From Octopus vulgaris (lineage: Eukaryota), in the NCBI GenBank assembly GCA_951406725.2, contig OX597817.1, forward strand, positions 136,152,001 to 136,216,000: 64,000 nucleotides of DNA, in the 5' to 3' direction. Positions 28,242 to 40,170 of the stretch are shown here, one piece after another. The translations under genes and the position numbers were made by a program. Numbering within the stretch: the first letter of the stretch is position 1; every line of letters starts with the position of its first letter. The notes beneath the pieces are model-generated. The model saw only the letters and a list, made by a program, of their open reading frames with translations, searched no databases and was not told the DNA's origin.

Positions 28242-28293
28242 ACCACACACGGACCATGGTTTCAAGGTGTATTGCCTATCATCGGCGTGTGGT
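28242..28293 (-). ncRNA. Type I hammerhead ribozyme, unit 1
   Basis: ACCACACG-CCGAUGA-uAGGcaauacaCCUu-GAAA-CCAUGG-UC-CGUGUGUGGU. Helix I CACACG/CGUGUG, GUC cleavage after 28252. Confidence 0.85.
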
Positions 28294-28601
28294 AGGCCTC
28301 CGCTTCCTCGACGAATTCTCACTATGCAGGATTTTCTTATATAGATTTTCAAGCAATATACATTTGCTGATTTCGAAAATCTGTTCGAAAGCAATAATAA
28401 TTCTCTGAAAGGGATATAGACAGTAACTGCTCGATAACATAAGGGACTAAAGCCATCTGAATATGGCTAGGGACAGGGCAGGGTGGTGGGGGTGTTACTG
28501 TTGCATTTAGCCCCAGGCGAACATCGACGTCACCAGAAAGGCTCGACACCGTCACGGTGCCCTAAACCTGCAAAGGGAGGTAATTCCCCGATGAAGCGGA
28601 A

Positions 28602-28653
28602 ACCACACACGGACCATGGTTTCAAGGTGTATTGCCTATCATCGGCGTGTGGT
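28602..28653 (-). ncRNA. Type I hammerhead ribozyme, unit 2
   Basis: Identical to the unit 1 motif; cleavage after 28612. Confidence 0.85.
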
Positions 28654-28961
28654 AGGCCTCCGCTTCCTCGACGAATTCTCACTATGCAGGATTTTCTTAT
28701 ATAGATTTTCAAGCAAAATACATTTGCTGATTTCGAAAATCTGTTCGAAAGCAATAATAATTCTCTAAAAGGGATATAGACAGTAACTGCTCGATAACAT
28801 AAGGGACTAAAGCCATCTGAATATGGCTAGGGACAGGGCAGGGTGGTGGGGGTGTTACTGTTGCATTTAGCCCCAGGCGAACATCGACGTCACCAGAAAG
28901 GCTCGACACCGTCACGGTGCCCTAAACCTGCAAAGGGAGGTAATTCCCCGATGAAGCGGAA

Positions 28962-29013
28962 ACCACACACGGACCATGGTTTCAAGGTGTATTGCCTATC
29001 ATCGGCGTGTGGT
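28962..29013 (-). ncRNA. Type I hammerhead ribozyme, unit 3
   Basis: Identical motif; cleavage after 28972. Confidence 0.85.
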
Positions 29014-29321
29014 AGGCCTCCGCTTCCTCGACGAATTCTCACTATGCAGGATTTTCTTATATAGATTTTCAAGCAAAATACATTTGCTGATTTCGAAAAT
29101 CTGTTCGAAAGCAATAATAATTCTCTAAAAGGGATATAGACAGTAACTGCTCGATAACATAAGGGACTAAAGCCATCTGAATATGGCTAGGGACAGGGCA
29201 GGGTGGTGGGGGTGTTACTGTTGCATTTAGCCCCAGGCGAACATCGACGTCACCAGAAAGGCTCGACACCGTCACGGTGCCCTAAACCTGCAAAGGGAGG
29301 TAATTCCCCGATGAAGCGGAA

Positions 29322-29373
29322 ACCACACACGGACCATGGTTTCAAGGTGTATTGCCTATCATCGGCGTGTGGT
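29322..29373 (-). ncRNA. Type I hammerhead ribozyme, unit 4
   Basis: Identical motif; cleavage after 29332. Confidence 0.85.
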
Positions 29374-29681
29374 AGGCCTCCGCTTCCTCGACGAATTCTC
29401 ACTATGCAGGATTTTCTTATATAGATTTTCAAGCAAAATACATTTGCTGATTTCGAAAATCTGTTCGAAAGCAATAATAATTCTCTAAAAGGGATATAGA
29501 CAGTAACTGCTCGATAACATAAGGGACTAAAGCCATCTGAATATGGCTAGGGACAGGGCAGGGTGGTGGGGGTGTTACTGTTGCATTTAGCCCCAGGCGA
29601 ACATCGACGTCACCAGAAAGGCTCGACACCGTCACGGTGCCCTAAACCTGCAAAGGGAGGTAATTCCCCGATGAAGCGGAA

Positions 29682-29733
29682 ACCACACACGGACCATGGT
29701 TTCAAGGTGTATTGCCTATCATCGGCGTGTGGT
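29682..29733 (-). ncRNA. Type I hammerhead ribozyme, unit 5
   Basis: Identical motif; cleavage after 29692. Confidence 0.85.
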
Positions 29734-29923
29734 AGGCCTCCGCTTCCTCGACGAATTCTCACTATGCAGGATTTTCTTATATAGATTTTCAAGCAAAATA
29801 CATTTGCTGATTTCGAAAATCTGTTCGAAAGCAATAATATATATATATATATATCACCATCATCATCATCATGATTTTCATGAAGCATTCATGTTCCATG
29901 ATGCTGGCATGGGCTGGACAGTT

Positions 29924-30190
29924 TGTTACTGTTGCATTTAGCCCCAGGCGAACATCGACGTCACCAGAAAGGCTCGACACCGTCACGGTGCCCTAAACCT
30001 GCAAAGGGAGGTAATTCCCCGATGAAGCGGAAACCACACACGGACCATGGTTTCAAGGTGTATTGCCTATCATCGGCGTGTGGTAGGCCTCCGCTTCCTC
30101 GACGAATTCTCACTATGCAGGATTTTCTTATATAGATTTTCAAGCAAAATACATTTGCTGATTTCGAAAATCTGTTCGAAAGCAATAATA
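29924..30190 (-). mobile_element. Sixth, partial retrozyme unit within a 351-bp local duplication
   Basis: About 29574-29924 is repeated at 29925-30275, including the (TA)n and SINE-tail flank. Confidence 0.9.
30033..30084 (-). ncRNA. Type I hammerhead ribozyme, unit 6
   Basis: Identical motif; cleavage after 30043. Confidence 0.85.
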
Positions 30191-31635
30191 TATATATATA
30201 TATATCACCATCATCATCATCATGATTTTCATGAAGCATTCATGTTCCATGATGCTGGCATGGGCTGGACAGTTTGTCACTATCCAGCTAGCATAAACAC
30301 TGTACTTGTCTCCAATGTCTGTTTTGGGAAGATTTCTATAGCTGGGTACCTTTGCTAATACCACTCAGTTTACAGAGGAGGAGGATGTGGCTTTGTGCCA
30401 ATGGCAGAAAGGCTAAATTAAGAAAGATGGACAGGAACAAGGGTCTTGCTCTAGAGGAGATACATGCCTATCCCATGGGGGGAAAATGAGAAAGGATAGT
30501 ATCGATGGTGTATAAGAGTATATACTCTGTGCATGTGTGTGTGTATTGTATATATATTTCTTTATTGCTCACAGGGGGCTAAACACAGAGGGAACAAACA
30601 ATGACAGACAAATGGATGAAGTCAATTACAACCCAGTGCGTAACTGGTAGTTATTTAATCGACCCTGAAAGGATGAAAAGCAAAGTCGACCTAGGTGGAA
30701 TTTGAACTCAGAATCTAAAGACAGACAAAATACCACTAAGCATTTCGCCTGGCATGCTAACGATTCTGCCAGCTTGTGTGTGCGTATTGTATATATGTAT
30801 AAGTGTATGTGTTTGTGTGTAAGTGAACCCAGACACATTTCTTCTCTCTCGTTTGTGCTTTCCCCTCCTTCCATTGTTTCCTTTCATTATTCCCCTCTCT
30901 AGAAAAGTTTAGGCTCGACATGTCAAAGACTTCTCCATTTTCCCTGATATTAAACTAATACACCTTGGTTGTTATTCCTTCTCCTGTTTTTTGGTTTTTT
31001 GCATGCAATTTTGAATCATTTATATATGTATATACACATATATAAAAGCGAGTTTGGAAGGATATATTATCCGGACAGATACCATATTAGCTCTCAGTTA
31101 ATGGCTAACCACAACGATCAGTATCTAACGTCTGTGACTAAGATTAGTTGTTAGTTGCTCAGTAACTTCTTTCGATGTGTAATTCCGTGTACTCTTTACT
31201 GAACAGTATCAATTGTCTGCAATATTGTTGGTGCAACTTCATCCGTTTGGTCAGCCTCAAAGTGAACAAGTGACTCGATTGAAGTAAATTTTTGTTAGTG
31301 TCCTGTGGGAGGTGGAGGACAATATGGCAGGGTTGCATTTGCAACAGTGAATAGCCACTGCATCAGAAACAGGTGTAGGTCATTATAATATGCTGTATAT
31401 AAGGACTACAAAATAAATTCTGTGGATGTACAAGTCTCCATAGCCTTTGTTATTATTAAGTGTGGGAGGTGGACGTTAAACAATGATGATATATGTATAC
31501 ACATTGGACTCCTTTACAGTTTCCGTTAACAAAATCCACTTACAAGGCTTTGGTTGGCTTGGAGCTATAGGAGACAACACAAGCCCAAAGTGCCACAAAC
31601 TACAGCTGAACCTGGGACTCTGTGTGTGTGTGTAC

Positions 31636-31701
<66 letters not shown>

Positions 31702-31882
31702 TCGTCATTATCATTTAATGTCCGCTTTCTATGCTGGCATGGGTTGAACGATTTGACTGAGGACTGGTGAACCAGATGGTTGCACCAGGCTCCAGTCTTG
31801 ATCTGGCAGAGTTTCTACAGCTGGATGCCCTTCCTAACGCCAACAACTCCGAGAGTGTAGTGGGTGCTTTTACATGCCACCA

Positions 31883-31919
<37 letters not shown>

Positions 31920-32510
31920 GAAGGACAAAATCTATATATCAGGGAGCTAGCATGTATTAATTTATACTTTTTAGGTATAAATTAATACAGAATAGATAAT
32001 TTTTTTAATAAAAATTGTAAGAATTATAAGGCCCAACTACCATGCAGTTCCATGTAGTTTGCCTTTATTATAATTTTTATTTAAAAAATCATATACTCTG
32101 CATGTGTGCGTGTGTGTGTTGTAAAATTCCGATTGCTTGAAAGTTCAGGTTTTGCCTTTCTCCTTATTCCGTGTAGTTTGAAAAGGAAGTGAGAGTTGAA
32201 ACTCAAGTCCCAGTCAATTTGAAGTCTTTAATAATTTAGACTCTATTCTCATGATTGAGTTGGAAATATTCTGGTGGTGTTCTTACACAAGCTTCAAAAT
32301 AATAACTTTATTTAAACATTTATATGCTTATATAGATATAGATACACACACACACACTCAGAGTGTGTGTGTGTGTGTGTGCAAATATATAGGTAAAATA
32401 CATCTGCATATATTTATTCATGAGTATCTATGTATATGCATATATATGTATGTATATATGTATGTGTGTGTGTGCGTGTGTCTGTGTGTATATATATGTG
32501 TGTGTTTGTG

Positions 32511-32546
<36 letters not shown>

Positions 32547-32790
32547 GGGACCATACAAATAAGACAACCTTTGACCTGTGCTGTAGATGATGCTGGCTAT
32601 TTATCAGACAAGTGACAGAAAAATGGTCTTCTGCAAGAAAATAGATAATCAATATTGCTAACACTTCTCTCTCTCTCTCAATGTATAAATATCCATACAT
32701 ACATACATATATATATATACACATATATATATATGTATGTATTTGCATATATATATGTATGTATATATACACATACATGAACATATATGT

Positions 32791-32837
<47 letters not shown>

Positions 32838-33048
32838 TGTATATATATATATATATATAAATACATATATATATATATATTTATATATATACATAAATAC
32901 ATATATATATATACATATATATACATACATATATATACACATACCTATATATACATACATAGATATATAAATATATACATATACATATATATATACATAC
33001 ATACACACACATACATTAATATACATACATATATATAAATATATACAA

Positions 33049-33090
<42 letters not shown>

Positions 33091-33134
33091 GCATATACAA
33101 TATATACACATACATATATACATATATATAAATA

Positions 33135-33187
<53 letters not shown>

Positions 33188-33321
33188 TAAAAATTAATGT
33201 AGACATATATATATAGATATATATATTGATATATATTATTGATGTATATATATCTTTTATTGATATATATATATATATATATGTATATACACACACACAC
33301 ATATCTATCTATCTATCTATC

Positions 33322-33353
<32 letters not shown>

Positions 33354-33438
33354 AACACAGTTATATATAAATACAAACACAGATACACAGGCACACACAT
33401 ATAGACATGTATATATATCTATACACACACACACACAT

Positions 33439-33471
<33 letters not shown>

Positions 33472-33902
33472 AAAACATATATGTTCTCATCAGTGTGTGT
33501 GTGTGCGTGTGTGTGTGTGGTGGAGTAGCAGTGGAGTGATGGTTGGGCAGTGAGTGAGGAGTGGTGGCAGTAATGAAAACAAAGAAGGAAACTCTCTTAC
33601 CTCCACCTCCGACCCATCTTCCCCCTCTCCTCCCCCAACTCCACAGTATTTTTTTTTACTTTGTTTATTAATTTTATTTATTTTCGTCTGTTTTTATATT
33701 ATTTCATTATTTTTTAAATATTTTTTTTTTGTCCAACCTATTTTTGTTTGTATATTTGGAGTGTTTATTTACCATTTATACTGTTTGTTTGTTTGTTTGT
33801 CTAGTCAAGGCAGCAAACACTAAAATAACAAACAAATACATAAATATATATAAAAAAGGTTACAAAAATAAACATAAAATTTTTATAGCTTTCAACTTTG
33901 AT

Positions 33903-33955
<53 letters not shown>

Positions 33956-35490
33956 GTTATTGTTATTTTATCATTTCGTTCGTTTGTTTTAAAAGGATGG
34001 AGATAAAAATATTTTTAGATTTACAAAATATTTATGAAAATGTTTTAAAGTCTGTTATTGTTATAACAATCCTCATTTTTTTTTGTCTATTCCTCATTAA
34101 GACTGTTTCCAGCCCCTCATCATACTGCAGCCACCACCACCACCACCACTGCCACCGCCGCCAATACTACCACCATCACCTCATCATGTGTGCCATCTCT
34201 GGTATCCCATCACTACCATAACTACCACATCACATGTTCCACTACTGGTGTTCTACCCCCATCCCCACGTATGTGCCACCACTGGCACATATGTTGGGGT
34301 GTGGGGGGGGTGTCTAACCATTGGTACTACCAGTCATTACAATCACATCCGATTCTCTTGCACCTTAACACACCACCACCACCATTAGAATTACTTAGAA
34401 TGCCTCCTCCTCCTCTTCCTCCCCCTTCCTTATCCTTCTCTTTGACCCTAATACTTTATCCTTTATTTTTTTACTTGTTTCAGTCATTAGACTATGGCCA
34501 TGCTGGGGCACCACTCCGAAGAATCTTCAGTTGAATGAATTGACCCCACACCCCACACTATGTCTTTTTTTTTTTATTTTAAGCCCAGTACTTATTCTGT
34601 CAGGCTCTTTTGCTGAACCACTAAGTTACAGGGATATAAGTACACAACAACACCAGTTGTCATGTGGTGGCGGGACACACACACAGACACAAAGCCACAC
34701 AAACACACATGACAGGCTTCTTTCAGTTTCCAGCTACCAAATCCACTCACAAGGCTTTGGTCGGCTGGAGGCTATAGTGGAAGATACTTACCAAAGGTGC
34801 CACACAGTGGGATTGAACCTGGAACCATTTGGTTGGGAAGCAAACTTCTTACCACACAGCCATACCTGTGCCTATATTATCAACTATTTCCCTCTCCCTC
34901 CTTAATCTCTCACCTTCACCCAAGGATGTATTACATTCCTAAATTACAAAGCAGGCGACAAATTCTATGTTGGTTCTAAGAGGATTTGGGATTAGATTAT
35001 GACCCCTAACCAGAACATAGAGGATCCTTTGGTTAATGGAACTGTAGTGTCTCTCTTACCTATTTAAATTACTAAAAGCATTTTTGCATTCCCTGCCTGT
35101 CAGTCTATCTGTCTCTTTCTCTTCAACTGAGGCAGCTATGTAACCCCTTTACTGCGAGACCCCTATTTCTGTCCCTCTATTCAAAGTCAGACCTCTCATC
35201 ACCTGGTACAAGGCCAACTTCTCTCAATACCATTCCTCCCCTCAGTTGAGGAGTCTTGTCTTGCAAATTACTTGGTGACCCTCCTGGTGCTGGTGCCCTG
35301 TTACAAGTACCCAGTATACTCTGTAAAGTGGTTGGCATTAGGAAAGGGCATCCTGCCATGGGAACCAGGTCAAAACAGACAAATGGAGTTTGCTACAGTC
35401 TTTTAACCTAACAGCTCTTGTCAAACTGTCCAACCCATACCAGCATGGAAAACTGACATTATATAATGATGATGATGTGTGTGTGTATTT

Positions 35491-35555
<65 letters not shown>

Positions 35556-35647
35556 TTCGGAATAGCCAATAAATATATATATAAAATATAACGTTGATGC
35601 ACATGCGCGGACGCGCTCGCGCTATATGACAATTATTCGGTTGCCAT

Positions 35648-35708
35648 AATAAAACTCTGAGTCCCGGATGTTGGGGTGGAAATCTGCTCTGGCATCTCGT
35701 CGGTTATT
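35648..35708 (-). ncRNA. Decayed hammerhead, same family as 41084-41144
   Basis: AAUAA-CCGACGA-GAUG...CAUCc-GGGA-CUCAGAG-UU-UUAUU. GAAA is mutated to GGGA. Confidence 0.55.
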
Positions 35709-37300
35709 AAGACAAACAAAAACTTGGAGTTTTATTATTGCAACCGAATAATTATCACATATTATATTACAGATAAATTCCTCTATTTACATAATATCAA
35801 AGTCTCATTCATTCTTTTGTTGTCATATTATTACTATTAATATATGTGTATGTGTGTGTGTGTGTGTGAATATGAATGGTTGGTGTTAGGAAGGGGACCC
35901 AGCTGTAAAAATCCTGCCAAAAACAGTCACAAAAGTCTGGTGTAGGCTTCTGCCTGGCAGGTCCCTGTCAAACAGTCCTACCCATGCCAGTATGGAAGGT
36001 GAATGTTAAGCGATAATTATGATGATGAAGATGATGATATAGATATATATAGATATACATAAATATATGTATAGACACATGCACAAACACAGATACACAA
36101 GAATAAATATTGCTAACAATAATTTTCTTAAAATACTATGTGTGTGAGCTGATTCTTCTCATCCATAGTCAATGGATTTAACTTTGGATATTACTGTTTT
36201 TGTGTTTGGACCAAGTGTCTATCTTTAATAGGACAGCAACCCTTTGGGAAATATGGGAAGAACTGGGACTGCAAGAACTAAGATAACAAAGACAATATTA
36301 CTTTTATCAGTTTGTCTATATATAAATAAATATATATATATATGAAGGGTTATTTTTTTTTAATGTTGCTTGTCTTGTTTTCCATTTGTTTCTTTCATTA
36401 TTTGCAAAAAAAGTTTGTATGCCATGGTTTCATATTTCATGTTGTTTATGTTCTGTGATGTCCTGTGCCCATATATGCATGTGTATATACATATATATGT
36501 ATGTACATATATGTGTGTATGTATGCATGTATATTTATATTCCATTTATATTATTATTATTATTATTATTATATATACACACACACACACATATATATAT
36601 ACATACATGCATAAATGTATACATACACACTCACATATATATATATACACACACACCTCATGTTATTTACCACAATACACTACACACCTCATCAAACCCT
36701 CTACCTTGTAGAAATTATTTAAATTTTCAAATGCTGAAATAATTTTAAAATTCCCTTCCAATTTAAATTTAATCTCGATATTGTAACATTCTTGCATTTT
36801 AAAATTATTTCATCAAAAATATTACAATACAGAGTTGACTGTGTGTTGTCCATTGGTTGGTATGTGTTGGTGTAAAATCACCTAAAATCCATTCTCCACA
36901 CAAGGCCATAACAAGGATGGAACCCACGTTGTGATGTAGTAAAAACACCTTGAAATCCCTATAAAATAAAATATACAATACCATAAACCCAAATGCAAAA
37001 TTCCCCTGTTGCCTCCCACAGCCACACGAACAATCCCTCCTCCGTTACATGTCTCTTATTTGTTTCTTTGACTGACTCAAATACAGGTAGGCAAGCAGCA
37101 TACTTAAATGGATTTATGTATACACATACACACAAAGGACAAGCTTCTATTAGTTTCCCTCAACTAAAATTGGTTGTCCTAATGCATTTGTACAAGACAC
37201 TTGTCCAAGGTGCCATGAGATTGGATTGAACCTGAAAACATGGCTGTGAAACAAACTTCTGAACTACAGAACCACACCTGCTTACACATGTACAAAAATA

Positions 37301-37334
<34 letters not shown>

Positions 37335-37550
37335 GGTGGTGAGCTGGCAGAATTGTTAGTATGTTGGGTGAAATACTTAACGACATTTCATCTGTCCTTA
37401 CATTCTGAGTTTAAATTCTGCCAAGGTCAACTTTGCCTTTCATCCTTTTGGGGTCAATGAATTAAGTACCAGTCAATTACTGGGGTTGATATAATTGATT
37501 ATCCCCCTCCTCACAAAATCCAGGCCTTGAGCCTATAGTAGAAAGGATTA

Positions 37551-37905
37551 TTACCTGCGCCTTAGCGAAGGTAGATGTATTGTTTACAGTCGAATTTGTT
37601 TGTTTGTCCACGGACAAGATATCTCAAGAATTGCTGGATGGATTCGGATGAAACTTTCAGGGATGTTTGGCCTCGTGACTGGCATGAACTGATTAGAATC
37701 TGAGATCGATTCGGTACCAGACAAGAAATCTGGATTATTTTTCTGTTTTTTTTTTTTACTTAATTTTTGAGAGTGGTTGGGTTCATTTTTATGTAATCTC
37801 GTTTGTGAGAGCAGATTTTCTCATTAAAAAAATCATCTCTGGCTAATCGTTGAGAGGATGTTGGCATTGCCTTGGCAGAGGTTTGTGCTCCCTGAGTGCT
37901 CTTGC
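37551..37905 (+). mobile_element. Non-autonomous Helentron/DINE-like element; second copy at about 39007-39314
   Basis: Starts TTACCTSCRCCTTAGC, has an internal (GTTT)n, ends CCTTGGCRGAG...CTGAGTGCTCTTG with a subterminal inverted repeat. Classification by resemblance only. Confidence 0.5.
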
Positions 37906-37949
37906 TATTATTACTATTATTATTATTAAGTGATGTCATCAAAAGAAGG

Positions 37950-38240
37950 ATGGCACATGTCTTAGTGCTTAGGGTGTTGGACTCATGATCAAGTGATTGT
38001 GATTTCAATTCCTGGACTGGGTGGTGCGTTGTGTTCTTGAGCAAAACACTTAATCTCACGTTGCTCTGCGATCACATCGACACCTGACTCGTGGTACACT
38101 GTGCACCTGTTCAGGTAACAACGATTTGATGGAGGGAGTGAGCTAATGTGGTGCATGAACATTTGATCACTATAAACAAATCATTTGCGTAAGTCGTTTG
38201 GCAAAAAGGCTGAACGCTCATACATTGTCTTTGCTGGGAA
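37950..38240 (+). mobile_element. tRNA-derived SINE (further family)
   Basis: Degenerate A/B boxes followed by GTGTTCTTGAGCAAAACACTT. Related pieces at about 43820-44010. Confidence 0.6.
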
Positions 38241-38399
38241 AGGTCATCATCATCATCATTATCAAATTCTGCCGAGGTTGACTTTGCCTTTCATCCTTTT
38301 GGGGTCGATAAATTAAGTACCAGTTGCGTACTGGGATTGATCTTATCGACTGGACCCAGCTCACACAGAATTTCGGGCCTTGTGCCTAGAGCAGAAAAG

Positions 38400-38431
<32 letters not shown>

Positions 38432-38452
38432 CATCATCATCATCAAATCACA

Positions 38453-38700
38453 TTGACTAGTGGCATTTCCTTTTGCTGGACAGAGGGTCCAGTGAAAATG
38501 CTTGGAGTCTGGTTTGGACCAGATCTCCAATTGGATAGAAATTGGGAAGAGATCATGGTCAGGGTGACCAATCTCAAACAGAAATGGGCTAAAAAGAAGC
38601 AGTCTCTGAAAGGTTGGATGGAAGTAGTACATGCATCCATCACCTTGGTGTGTGCCACTGCCTAACCATCACACCTTGTCCCAGGGTACATTGGTTAGGC
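38453..38700 (+). pseudogene. L1/Tx1-like LINE ORF2 fragment
   Basis: WTEGPVKMLGVWFG...NWEEIMVRV...WAKKKQSLKG resembles the post-RT LG...NW...W-x-R-x-LSL-x-G region of Tx1 elements. Confidence 0.6.
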
Positions 38701-39311
38701 ACTGGTACAAACCAGTGCTTACTTTTTCAATTATTATGACCTTGAAGATGGCAGAATAATCCAGGACTTTTTGGTTGGGGTCTACCCCAAATTACCCAAA
38801 GTAAACTACCCTGCTATTGGGGATTCTAATTATTGATTATTCATTTATCTAATTTCTATTTTTGTGTCCTTTTGTTATATCCCTAACATTGTCTCACCCC
38901 CTTGATCGACATAAACCCTGTTCTGTGTGTTGTATCTTGTACTCTGATATTGTCCTCCATATCTTGAACCCTTGTGGCCAATAAAAAAAAATCATCATCA
39001 TCATCATTACCTCCACCTTAGCAAAGGTGGAAGTATTGTTTTCAGTTGTGTTTGTTTGTTTGCCCGTGTACAAAATATCTCAAGTATAGATGGGATTGAT
39101 CTGGTACCAGACAAGGATTCTGGATTATTTTTCCTATTTTTTTACTTAATTTTTGAGAGAGCAGTTGAGTTCATTTTAAGTATTCTTATTTGTGAGAGCA
39201 GTTGAGTTTATTTCAGATATTCTCATTTTAAAAATCATCTCTGGCTAATCGTTGAGAGGATGCTGGTGTTGCCTTGGCGGAGCTTCGGAGGCTTGCACTC
39301 TCTGAGTGCTC

Positions 39312-39361
<50 letters not shown>

Positions 39362-39464
39362 TAGTCTTATTTTTATCACCTTCGATATGTGCTGTGGTTT
39401 ATTTTAGTGTTGTTATTTTTGCTGTATTGTAAACATTTTCAAAAATAATTTTTACCATTATCAA

Positions 39465-40170
39465 TGCAGCAAGCTGGCAGAATGATTAGCACGCCAGGCT
39501 AAGTGGCATTTTGTCCATCTTTGAATTCTAGTTCAAATTCCACCAAGGTCAACTTTGCCTTTCGTTCTTCTGAGGTTGGTAAAATGAGTACCAGTTGAGC
39601 ACTAAGGGTTAATGTATTCAACTAACCCCTCTCCTGAAATTGCTGGCTGCGTGCCAAAATTTGAAACCATTTCTATTATAATTATTATTATTATTATTAT
39701 TAATATTATTATTATTATTATAAGAAGATGGTGGGCTGACAGGTTTGTTAGTACACCAGACGAAATGCTCAGCGGCATTTTGTCTGTCTTTACGTTCTGA
39801 GTTCAAATTCTGCCGAGTTTGACTTTGCCTTTCATCTTTTCGGAGTCGATAAATTAAGTACCAGTTGAACACTGGGATCAATGTAATCGACTTAGTCCCT
39901 TTCCCTGAATTGGAAGCCTTCTGCTTCCAGTAGAAAGGATTATTATTATTATTGTTTCTGCTGAAGGTGGTGAGCTGTCAGAATCGTTAGCACGCTGGAG
40001 GAAATACTTAGCAGTATTTTGCCTGTCGCTATGTTGTGAGTTCAAATTCCACCGAGGTCAACTTTGCTATTCATCCTTTCAGGGTTGATAACATAAGTAC
40101 CAGTTGAACACTGGGGTCGATGTAATCGACTCATATCCAACTCCCTCAAGCTGCCCTTGTGGCAAAAATT
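39465..40170 (+). mobile_element. Three tandem family B SINEs separated by (ATT)n
   Basis: Three copies of GTTCAAATTC...TTTGC...AGTACCAGTTGA. Confidence 0.75.

Larger units (their letters stand above)
28074..29839 (-). mobile_element. 360-bp tandem array, about 4.9 units; candidate non-LTR retrozyme
   Basis: Units start at 28074, 28434, 28794, 29154 and 29514. Units 2-5 look identical; unit 1 differs at 3 positions (28203, 28357, 28407). One hammerhead per unit; (TA)-rich flanks on both sides. Confidence 0.9.

Noticed and set aside
28228-28265. Plus-strand hammerhead-like CCGATGAAGCGGAAACCA...TGGTTTC in the array
   Set aside because: Helix II is essentially absent and no helix I forms around a UH site. 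Only the minus-strand motif is complete.
28074-29839. CRISPR array, or 5S/snRNA/tRNA gene cluster
   Set aside because: There are no variable spacers, and I recognise no 5S, U snRNA, SRP or tRNA sequence in the unit.
28043-30364. Repeated 68-103 aa ORFs in the 360-bp array
   Set aside because: They are short, mostly have non-ATG starts, show no recognisable domain and occur in several frames. RNA structure explains the unit better.
31060-31400. Possible further PLE endonuclease tail and hammerhead remnant on the minus strand
   Set aside because: Too degenerate: the core motifs do not match and the protein similarity is only impressionistic.
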